Source: Candidatus Dadabacteria bacterium
GTDB lineage: Bacteria; Desulfobacterota_D; UBA1144; Nemesobacterales; Nemesobacteraceae
Direction of reading: 5' to 3'
Assembly: GCA_022819805.1 (NCBI GenBank)
Contig: JAJEGO010000018.1
Coordinates: forward strand, 1-54,392
DNA: 54,392 nucleotides
The translations under genes were made by a program, and so were the position numbers. The notes under the pieces are model-generated. The model saw nothing but the letters and a program-made list of their open reading frames with translations, ran no database searches and was not told the origin of the DNA. This document shows, in pieces, positions 9,780 to 18,063 of the stretch. Each line of letters begins with the position of its first letter. The stretch's first letter is position 1.

Positions 9780-11385
9780 GCACGTAATTTCCCCACTACA
9801 CATGAAAAAGATCCGGATAAACAAGCCAAGCGGAAGTCAAATCCTGGCCGCCGGGTCCGGAGTGCTCTTTTCCATGTCCCTTTTCTCAAGCGCTTTCGGC
9901 GTACTGGGCTGGATATGCTTTGTCCCGCTGCTTGCGGCCCTTCGGGGAAAAACCGCCCGACAGTCCCTTCATCTGGGAATGATATCCGGAACATGCATGA
10001 ATCTCGTCGCGCTTTACTGGCTCGTCGGAACCCTGACCAGATTCGGGGGAGTACCCCTGGTCCCCAGTACGGTGGTTATATTCGTTTTTTGCGTCTACTC
10101 GTCTCTTCAGTTCGGAATTTTCACCTGGTATATCTCGAGATTTGGACTCTGCAGCGGAAAAAGCGTCGCGAACGCGCTTGTGATTTCTTTTGCCTGGGTA
10201 GTCGCGGAATTTTTCTTCCCGGTTCTTTTCCCCTACGGAATAGGAGCCTCCCAAGGCTACTATCCGACGGCAATACAGGTGGTCGACACGCTCGGGGTGA
10301 ACTTTCTTGGGTTTTTGATGCTTTTTGCAAACGTATCGGCTTTCTACCTATTAGACGATATGCGGCAAAGAAGAAGACCCGCGTTCGCTCCCCCGGTGAT
10401 CTCGATCGCCGTAATTGCAATCGTGCTCGGCTACGGAACTTTCAGAATAGATGAAATAGAGAAACTTCTTGAGACAGAACCCCGGGTGGAAATCGCGATG
10501 GTTCAGGCAAATTTCGATTACGCGGGAAAAACCCTCCACAACGAGCCGATCATAACGGAAAAACACAGGGAGATGTCGCGAGAGTTCACGGAGGCGGATC
10601 TTGTGATCTGGCCGGAGACATCGGTTCAGTACTGGTTCCCCGAAGAAGATTCCGTGTACAGAATCGATTACCAGAGAGACGTGGTGCCGGCGGGACACCC
10701 ATCCCACTTCCTTATCGGGGGACTCTCCTTTGCCAAGGACCCCGCCCTGCTTGAGGACGGCTGGGACGAGGAAGATCTCAGAAAATACAACACGGCTTTT
10801 TTAGTTGATCCCCAAAGCAATATCCTTGGGCGATACAGCAAGACCCGGCTTTTTCTGCTGGGTGAATACTTCCCCTGGATAAACGAGGAACTCAGGTTTT
10901 TGAAAAGGTTCTTTCCCATGATCGGGGACCTCACCCCGGGAGAGGGAGCAAGAGTGCTTGAGGTTCCCGGAAAGAACATAAGAATAGGACCCCTTATATG
11001 TTATGAGGATATGATGGCGGAACTTTCGAGAAACTACGCGAAAACGGGAGCCAACCTGCTCGTTAACCTCACCAATGACGCATGGTTCGGAAGGAGCACG
11101 GCCCCCTACCAGCATCTGCTCCTTTCAGTTCCGAGGGCGGTCGAGACGCGCCGCTACCTAGTAAGATCAACAAACAGCGGCGTAAGCGCGATCGTATCTC
11201 CGACAGGGAAAATAGAGGCCCGCACGGGCATATTCACTGAGGAGAGTTTGAAGGGAGAGGTGGTCTTGATCGATTCGATTGAAACTCTTTACACAAGAGT
11301 GGGGGATATATTCGCGTGGATAGCGCTTGCCGTAACGATTCTTTTCGTCGTGAAAAACTACCTAGGAAGAAAATATACCGACTAG
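9766..11385 (+). CDS. lnt: Apolipoprotein N-acyltransferase
   Basis: Multi-TM N-terminus; nitrilase triad motifs WPE, YSK, ICYE; TNDAWF; RAVE..R; real start may be ATG 9802. Confidence 0.96.
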   Translation: MNRLEHVISPLHMKKIRINKPSGSQILAAGSGVLFSMSLFSSAFGVLGWICFVPLLAALRGKTARQSLHLGMISGTCMNLVALYWLVGTLTRFGGVPLVPSTVVIFVFCVYSSLQFGIFTWYISRFGLCSGKSVANALVISFAWVVAEFFFPVLFPYGIGASQGYYPTAIQVVDTLGVNFLGFLMLFANVSAFYLLDDMRQRRRPAFAPPVISIAVIAIVLGYGTFRIDEIEKLLETEPRVEIAMVQANFDYAGKTLHNEPIITEKHREMSREFTEADLVIWPETSVQYWFPEEDSVYRIDYQRDVVPAGHPSHFLIGGLSFAKDPALLEDGWDEEDLRKYNTAFLVDPQSNILGRYSKTRLFLLGEYFPWINEELRFLKRFFPMIGDLTPGEGARVLEVPGKNIRIGPLICYEDMMAELSRNYAKTGANLLVNLTNDAWFGRSTAPYQHLLLSVPRAVETRRYLVRSTNSGVSAIVSPTGKIEARTGIFTEESLKGEVVLIDSIETLYTRVGDIFAWIALAVTILFVVKNYLGRKYTD

Positions 11386-12435
11386 GGCTTCTATGAGCCG
11401 GTCGTTCTCATCGCTGGTTCCGACCGTGATCCTGAGGCAGTTTGCAAGGCGTCCCTCTCCCTTGAAGCGGCGGACCAGGATATCGTTTCTGACCAGTTCT
11501 TCGAAAAGAAAATCCGCATCCGGAACCCGTACCAGGAAAAAATTCGCGTCCGTCGGATAAACGTGGATATCCCCAATCCCCTCAAGCGACGCGCGGACTC
11601 TTTCTCTCTCGCTCAATATAAGGCCTATCTTCCGTTCAATAACCTCTGGGTTCTCAAGAGCGAAAGACATTACGTCCTGGCTGAAAGAATTTATGTTGTA
11701 GGGAAGACGCGCTTTGTTAACTTCGCCTGCGACCTGCGGTCGCGCGAAGAACATTCCAATTCTCGCCCCCGCAAACCCTATCTTGGACATCGTTCCAAGC
11801 ACCAGCAGGTTTTCATATTTATCTATATGGGGAATATAGCTTTTTTTCGAAAAATCGCAGTAGGCCTCGTCGACAACCACCGCGCCCCCGCTTGCCTCCA
11901 GGATCTCGAGCACTTTTTCTTCCGAAAAGGAGTTCCCTGTAGGATTGTTCGGGGTCGCGAGAAAAACGATGTCAGGATCCTGCGCGCGAATCGCCTCCAG
12001 GGTCCGTTCGAGATCTATGTCAAAATTCTCATCAAGCTCAACCTCCGTCACCTGTTTTCCCAGAATAAGCGACGTGATTCTGTACATTGAGAAAGTCGGG
12101 GACGGCACGAGCACGCGACCGCTTTTTCCTCCGAACACCTCGACGATCATCTGTATGATCTCGTCTGAGCCGTTGCCAAGCAGTATGCCGTCCGCGGGGA
12201 AGCCCACGGCGCGGGAAAGAGAAGCTCTTACTTCCAGAGCCTCGGGATCCGGATAACGGTTTACGGGAAGCTTCGCCAGCCGTTCGGAAAGCGCAGCCTT
12301 CTCTTCTCCCTCAAGATCGTAAGGGCTCTCGTTTCCATCAAGCCTCACCGAGCACTCTATCCTCGGCACCGAGTAGGCGGATACTGACCTTACGCTCTCA
12401 GAAATCCTGCTTTTGATCGAACCTGCGTCAGACAC
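11362..12435 (-). CDS. hisC: Histidinol-phosphate aminotransferase
   Basis: NRYPD, GNGSDE, PNNPTG, VDEAY, TMSK; next to hisD. Confidence 0.96.
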   Translation of the reverse strand: MSDAGSIKSRISESVRSVSAYSVPRIECSVRLDGNESPYDLEGEEKAALSERLAKLPVNRYPDPEALEVRASLSRAVGFPADGILLGNGSDEIIQMIVEVFGGKSGRVLVPSPTFSMYRITSLILGKQVTEVELDENFDIDLERTLEAIRAQDPDIVFLATPNNPTGNSFSEEKVLEILEASGGAVVVDEAYCDFSKKSYIPHIDKYENLLVLGTMSKIGFAGARIGMFFARPQVAGEVNKARLPYNINSFSQDVMSFALENPEVIERKIGLILSERERVRASLEGIGDIHVYPTDANFFLVRVPDADFLFEELVRNDILVRRFKGEGRLANCLRITVGTSDENDRLIEALVGIFSS

Positions 12436-12472
12436 TGGCGTCTCCCGCTCTAAACATTAGCGTTAACATTAC

Positions 12473-13765
12473 TCAGGAATCCTCAATACGTCTTTTTACC
12501 GAAAACGCGTGACCCGAAAGCCCCTCGACGTGGGCAAGGTTCATAACGGTCGCGCCGAGAGACGAAAAGCCTTTTTTCGACATCGATATGGTGCTCGGCA
12601 TCCTCAGGAAGTCATAAACGCTGAGAGGAGAGGAAAACCTCGCCGCTCCTCCCGTCGGAAGAACGTGACTCGGCCCCGAGACGTAATCGCCGAAAGGCTC
12701 GGTCGAGAAAGACCCCAGAAATATCGCTCCCGCGTGTTTTATGCCTTTGAGAAGGGATTTGGGGGAGCGCACGCAGAGTTCAAGGTGCTCGGGAGCGACC
12801 GCGTTTGAAAGCGCCACGGCCTGCTCCATGCTCTCGGTCACGTAGATTTTTCCGTTGTTTGAGACCGCGGCGCCCGCGATCTCTTCCCTCGGAAGCTCCC
12901 CTAGCTGCGAGAGCACTTCCTTTTTCACCTCTTTTGCGTAATCGTAGCTGGTGGTGGCGAGAATCGGGATTGACATCTCGTCGTGCTCGGCCTGGGCGAG
13001 CAGGTCCGCGGCCACCCATCCCGGCGGACACGAGCCGTCGGCGATAATCAGAACCTCGGTCGGCCCCGCCAGCATGTCAATGTCGCAGAAACCGTAAACC
13101 AGTTTCTTGGCTATCGTGACGTAGATGTTCCCCGGGCCCACTATCTTGTCCACTTTCGGTATGCTTCTGGTTCCAAAGGCCATGGCCGCTATGGCGTGGG
13201 CCCCGCCTATTTTGTAGACGTTGCTCACCCCGGCGATCTCGCACGCCAGAAGAATCTCGGGATTCACCCGTTTCCCGGAACACGGGGTGACGACGCTTAT
13301 CTCGACCGCTCCGGCGACCCGTGCCGGCACTACGGTCATAAGAACAGTCGAAGGGTAAGAAGCCTTGCCTCCCGGAACATACACTCCCACCTTCTCAATG
13401 GGCCTTATCAGCCAGCCAAGCTCGTTTCCGAGCGCGTCCTTGTAGGCCCCGGCCCTCGGAAGCTTCTTTTTCTGGTAGGAGCGGATCCGCGAAGCGGCCT
13501 TCTTGAGGTCCCTCGCAATGCCGGGCGCGACGGCCGCTCTTGCCTCTTTGAATTCGCGACCGGTGACCTTTACGTTCTTCGCGGTTACGTGCGGTCCGTC
13601 AAACTTCTTCGCGTAGCGGAAAAGCGCCGAGTCTCCCCGCTTCCTCACGTCCTCCACGATCCTCTCCGTCTGCGAAACGAGCTCCGGGTCGAAATGCGAG
13701 GCCGATTTCTCTATTTCTCTCGACCTTCTCTCCAGATTTTTCGAATTTATCCTTACAATCTTCAT
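12473..13765 (-). CDS. hisD: Histidinol dehydrogenase
   Basis: GVYVPGG, KIVGPGN, IDMLAGPTE, DLLAQAEHD, APEHLEL, GPSHVLPT. Confidence 0.98.
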   Translation of the reverse strand: MKIVRINSKNLERRSREIEKSASHFDPELVSQTERIVEDVRKRGDSALFRYAKKFDGPHVTAKNVKVTGREFKEARAAVAPGIARDLKKAASRIRSYQKKKLPRAGAYKDALGNELGWLIRPIEKVGVYVPGGKASYPSTVLMTVVPARVAGAVEISVVTPCSGKRVNPEILLACEIAGVSNVYKIGGAHAIAAMAFGTRSIPKVDKIVGPGNIYVTIAKKLVYGFCDIDMLAGPTEVLIIADGSCPPGWVAADLLAQAEHDEMSIPILATTSYDYAKEVKKEVLSQLGELPREEIAGAAVSNNGKIYVTESMEQAVALSNAVAPEHLELCVRSPKSLLKGIKHAGAIFLGSFSTEPFGDYVSGPSHVLPTGGAARFSSPLSVYDFLRMPSTISMSKKGFSSLGATVMNLAHVEGLSGHAFSVKRRIEDS

Positions 13766-13832
13766 GGTTCCAACGGCGTTTTTTTCTTAAAAACCGAGAT
13801 TCAGTTTATCCCGTCTGGAGAATTCCCCAAAC

Positions 13833-14126
13833 TCAGTTCCCCGGATCGATCCCTTCTCCGAAGCCGCTTTCAATCAGACGGGAGACTTCCTCCATCGCAA
13901 GCTCCGAGTCTTCCCCCTCTATCGTGATGGCAACTTCAGTGCCGCAGATTGCCGCGAGGGACAGAACGCCCAGTATGCTTTTTCCGTCTATCTCGAAACT
14001 GTCTTTTCTTATCATTATACTGGAACTGAACCTGCTGGTCAGGGCGACCAGAACCGCGGCCGCTCTGGCATGAAGACCCAGACGGTTTCTTATTACGAAG
14101 TTTCTTACAAGGGGTTTCTGCGACAA
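13833..14126 (-). CDS. ptsH: HPr family phosphocarrier protein
   Basis: NRLGLHARAA and DGKSILGVLSL motifs. Confidence 0.93.
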   Translation of the reverse strand: MSQKPLVRNFVIRNRLGLHARAAAVLVALTSRFSSSIMIRKDSFEIDGKSILGVLSLAAICGTEVAITIEGEDSELAMEEVSRLIESGFGEGIDPGN

Positions 14127-14127
14127 T

Positions 14128-14880
14128 TCACCGTTCCTCCGCGGACCGGAAAAAAGAGATATCCGCCTTTGAGTTTACCCGTAAATTCTCGTCATAATTC
14201 ACGCTGAGACTGTAATCGGCGGTCTCAAACACAAGCTTTCTCGGGAAATAGGTATCCGAGGCAATCCGCTTCGGCAGCGAGAACTCAACTCTGGCTTTCT
14301 CTCCGTCAGAAAGCGCGCCCTCCACCCTGGTTATGAAGTTTCTCGGGAAATCGACCGTGACCCGGAGAGGAGTATCTCCCGAAAACACGAAAACTATCTC
14401 CCCTTTTTTATCCCCGGCCCGAACGGAGTAGCTTTCCCCGGGAATGGCAAACGGGGATCCCCCCAGCAGGAAGTTCACTATGTCCTCTACTCCGAGCTGG
14501 GGCGGGAGTCCCGGATAAAGGTAGGAAAGCCTGAAATCCTCCGGATTCTCGAAGATCAGCTCTTCCCAGTTGGTCTTCATTCTCACGCTTTCTCCGTCCG
14601 AGACCACCCTCGCGAGCATCTCGCCGAAAGGAGCGAAGACCGAAACTCTCAGAAACTCCGGGCGGACGACGGTGGCCACCTGATCGAAGACAATCTTCCC
14701 CTGCGGGGATTTTATCGACACCCTGGCCCTGGCCTTTATCGAGGTGAAGCCCATCTGGGTGCGTTTCGCCTTCGCCAGTATGGCGGAAAGATCAGAACGG
14801 TCGGCAATAGAGGGCGGGAGCTTGCCGGCGCAGGAGAAAAGCAGAAGAACAAGCGGAATAAAAACCCAGCTATGCCTCAT
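14128..14880 (-). CDS. Lipoprotein, LolB-like/DUF4292-like
   Basis: Lipobox LLFSC; 'LRVSVFAPFG' motif; follows TPR gene. Confidence 0.6.
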   Translation of the reverse strand: MRHSWVFIPLVLLLFSCAGKLPPSIADRSDLSAILAKAKRTQMGFTSIKARARVSIKSPQGKIVFDQVATVVRPEFLRVSVFAPFGEMLARVVSDGESVRMKTNWEELIFENPEDFRLSYLYPGLPPQLGVEDIVNFLLGGSPFAIPGESYSVRAGDKKGEIVFVFSGDTPLRVTVDFPRNFITRVEGALSDGEKARVEFSLPKRIASDTYFPRKLVFETADYSLSVNYDENLRVNSKADISFFRSAEER

Positions 14881-16639
14881 CGCGTCTGAATCCCTTTAGC
14901 TTTTTCTGAAGCCTCGCGCGTATCTTCCTGTCTTCAGCCGTAACCAGTTTCTTGGAATCCAGGAGTTCAAGGGCCTTTGCGTAATTCTCCCCCGCGAGTT
15001 CCCTTCTGCCGAGTTTCTCGTACACATCGCCCACGTGCTCCAGGATGGCCGCGTCGGGAGGGGGAATCTCGGAGGCGCGAAGCAGATACTCGAGGGCTCT
15101 TTTGAAATCGCCCTTCTGGTAGTAAACCCACCCCATGCTGTCGATTATGTAGGCCCGCCCGGGAGCAAGCTCAAGAGCCTTGCTGATGAGTTCCTCCGCG
15201 TAATCAAGTCTCTCTCCCCGCTCGGCGTGCGTGTACCCGATGAGATTCATCGCGTCGAAATTCTGCGGATTCCTGCTGATTATATCCTCCATTACCGAAA
15301 GCGCTTCCGGTATGCGGTCGCCGTAGTAATACGAAACGCCAAGCGAATACAGAACGGATTCGTCATCGGGGTGCTTTTCAAGATACCCGCCGTAAAGGGA
15401 GATCGAATCCTCCTGTCTCCCCTGCCTACCGTAGATTTCACCAAGAGAATTCACGGCCTTGGGATTATAGGGGTTTTTCTCATGAAGCTCCCTCAGTATA
15501 TCGATCGCCTTCTGCGCCGAACCCTCAAGCTCATGTATGTACGCCCCGTGAATGACCGCGTCTACGTGGAAATCGGAGCTCTGGGGTATGGAATCGAGAA
15601 GCTTCCTTGACTGGGAATACCTCCCGAGCTTGGTGTGGGCGAGGGCGGAGTAGTATTTCGCCCCGAAATGCGCGGGCAGGCGCCCGCGAACCTGTTCCAG
15701 TTCCGCTATAGCTTCCTCGTAACCGCCGCTTTCAAGATACAGAAGACCGATTCTGAAGCTAATCTCGGGATTCTCCGGATCCGCGGCCTCCGCGTTTCGG
15801 TACTGCTTGATGGCGTCATCGAACCTGCGCTGGCGGTAAAGCATGTTCCCGTAGGAAATAAAGACGTCGCGGTAAGGGGCAAATTTCCTGATCGCCGACT
15901 CGTACTGCTCTATCGCTTCCTCGATCCTTTTCGCCTTCTCGAGGGTCTCAACGAGCCCGGCGAAGGCGGGGTAGTACGTCCGCTGAATCTCAAGGGCCCT
16001 TTTGTAGTGCTTTACCGCGGCATCAAGATCGTCCCTTCTTGAGGCGATGCTTCCAAGGTAGAAGTGTCCCGTGACATCCGCGGGGCTTATTGAAAGGCTT
16101 TTCTCGGCGTACCGCTTCGCCCCCTCAAGGTTCCCTGAATAAAGTTCAGTCGCGCAGAGAAGCAGATAGGTTTCCTTGTCCCCGGGATCGATCTCGGCCG
16201 CCTTGAGCAGGAACTTCTTACCCCTTTCCTTCATGGCTTCGTCCGGGGATGCGAGGTAGATGCGGGCAAGGTCCCTGTATGCCGGGGAATTTGACGGATC
16301 AAGGACGATGGACCGGGTGAACTTGGCGACGGCCTCATCGCGCATGTTGAGAACCATGTAAACCAGGGCGAGACGGTAATTTATTTCAGAAGACTTGGGG
16401 TCAATCCGCTCCGCCTCTTCAAGGCTCTCAAGAGCCTGGGGAAGATCTCCCCGCTCAAGATAAAGCGCCGAGAGCGCGAAATGATAGTACGCATCCTCCC
16501 GGTTTACGCTCTCAAGCTTCCTTTCGGGGGCAAAAGAGAGTCCAGCGCCGCTGCAGGAAAGACAAAGAAAGAGAAAAAACAGAAGAAAAAGCTTTTTTTC
16601 AGGAAATTTCTTCAAGCCACGCACCCAAGCACACATCAA
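14870..16639 (-). CDS. Tetratricopeptide repeat (lipo)protein
   Basis: Many TPR units; 'AMNLIGYTHAE...IIDSMGWVYY...ILEHVGDVY' tail; start uncertain. Confidence 0.92.
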   Translation of the reverse strand: MMCAWVRGLKKFPEKKLFLLFFLFLCLSCSGAGLSFAPERKLESVNREDAYYHFALSALYLERGDLPQALESLEEAERIDPKSSEINYRLALVYMVLNMRDEAVAKFTRSIVLDPSNSPAYRDLARIYLASPDEAMKERGKKFLLKAAEIDPGDKETYLLLCATELYSGNLEGAKRYAEKSLSISPADVTGHFYLGSIASRRDDLDAAVKHYKRALEIQRTYYPAFAGLVETLEKAKRIEEAIEQYESAIRKFAPYRDVFISYGNMLYRQRRFDDAIKQYRNAEAADPENPEISFRIGLLYLESGGYEEAIAELEQVRGRLPAHFGAKYYSALAHTKLGRYSQSRKLLDSIPQSSDFHVDAVIHGAYIHELEGSAQKAIDILRELHEKNPYNPKAVNSLGEIYGRQGRQEDSISLYGGYLEKHPDDESVLYSLGVSYYYGDRIPEALSVMEDIISRNPQNFDAMNLIGYTHAERGERLDYAEELISKALELAPGRAYIIDSMGWVYYQKGDFKRALEYLLRASEIPPPDAAILEHVGDVYEKLGRRELAGENYAKALELLDSKKLVTAEDRKIRARLQKKLKGFRRDEA

Positions 16640-16792
16640 TCCCCGGTTCCGAAACCCCGGCGCCTACCAGTCACGAAGGGAAAGACCGCCGGGGAGAACC
16701 TTCTCAAACAGAATAACAAAAATGGGTAAAAATACACAGCGAGGGGAAACCAACCCCGACTGCTTCCGCGCAGAAAGCCGGTCGGCCAAGAG

Positions 16793-17599
16793 CTACTGTC
16801 TTTCGGGCCGCTCCCTCCAGCCGCGCTCCGCAAGGATCCGGGCGAACTCCTCGATTCGCGCCGCGCGCTCCGGATCAACTCGTTCGACTTCACCTTCGCG
16901 CTCGATAAAGAAGTGGAGCTCTGAGAAAATGCAGCCCGACGGACAATCGCCCCATGCCCTGCGAAACACCGCGTACCATTTCCCGCCCGACCAAAGCATC
17001 TCGATATCGGGACCATCTCCCAAAAGGGGCTCGGGCCTGGCGTAAATGACTCCTTCTATTTTCTCATATGATGCGCCCGCGGAGTAGACGTGCTCGTGTG
17101 GGTCAAACCCGATCACGATGACCCGCGTATATTCAAAAGGAAGAACTTCCACGGCATGAAGGCCGACCGCGGCATTGAGAGCGTCAAATTCGGGTTGCCC
17201 CGTGCAGAAGGGAGCGGAAGCACCCTCTTCGGGCAGGCTGACGGACACGGCCTCGAACAAAGACGGCTCCAAACTCAAAATCAGCCTTCCGGGCACCCAT
17301 ATTGGACGCGCATTCACCTCGGCCATCTCCGGCCACCTAGAACGTATCATCCTCAGAACTCGCTCTATCTCGTCGATCAGACCGTGTCCGGAAAAATCCG
17401 GGACCGGGATTTCTAAGACGCGCCGGGCCAAAATCACGGGATCAGCCTCGCTAGTCAGCTCAAGAGTTCCGCGAGTGACAACCGGTGCCTTGTCGCCGCA
17501 CGCATCAGGCGGAGTAACAGCAGGTGGTGATACCGGAGAACCCGCGAAGCATGCCGCTACCAGCATCCACAAAACAGCAATGATTGAGATCCTGACCAT
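16793..17599 (-). CDS. Hypothetical exported/lipoprotein
   Basis: Hydrophobic N-terminus with LVAAC; C-terminal 'WGDCPSGC' motif. Confidence 0.65.
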   Translation of the reverse strand: MVRISIIAVLWMLVAACFAGSPVSPPAVTPPDACGDKAPVVTRGTLELTSEADPVILARRVLEIPVPDFSGHGLIDEIERVLRMIRSRWPEMAEVNARPIWVPGRLILSLEPSLFEAVSVSLPEEGASAPFCTGQPEFDALNAAVGLHAVEVLPFEYTRVIVIGFDPHEHVYSAGASYEKIEGVIYARPEPLLGDGPDIEMLWSGGKWYAVFRRAWGDCPSGCIFSELHFFIEREGEVERVDPERAARIEEFARILAERGWRERPERQ

Positions 17600-17947
17600 T
17601 GATATCCGAAACCTCTTAACAGATAGAGAGTATATATTTTTTCAAGTCACAAGGGTTATTTCAAGCCTGGATAAGACATTAAAGCCACACGCAGATAAGC
17701 CGTTAAACTTTTATCACGCCGCCAACCCGCAGGCGCCGGACACTACGCCTCTTAACTATACGCTTTTCCCCAACTGCGGGAAACCTCCCGTTCACGCCCG
17801 CTTCGAAGGCAGCTTCAGGAACACCGCTTGCAAGCCCTATTTTCGCATGTTGCTATTTTCAATCCGAACTGTTATAGTGTATTTATGCGTTTTGAGAGCA
17901 AACAGTCCGACCTAAGAAAAATCTTCATGAAACCAGTCTGCTCTACT

Positions 17948-17956
17948 CCCCCCCCC
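17948..17956 (+). repeat. C9 homopolymer between the likely ATG (17885/17927) and the signal-peptide frame of the downstream surface protein
   Basis: act-CCCCCCCCC-atataa; ATG frame stops at TAA right after the tract; C10 or C7 would restore the frame. Confidence 0.8.
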
Positions 17957-18063
17957 ATATAAAACGGCGATGTAGCTTAACAAGCGTCGCGAGTTCTCGC
18001 TTCCCGCTCACGTTTTCCGCCCTTTCGCTTGCCGCATTCGTCCTGGTTCTCACCATCGCAGCG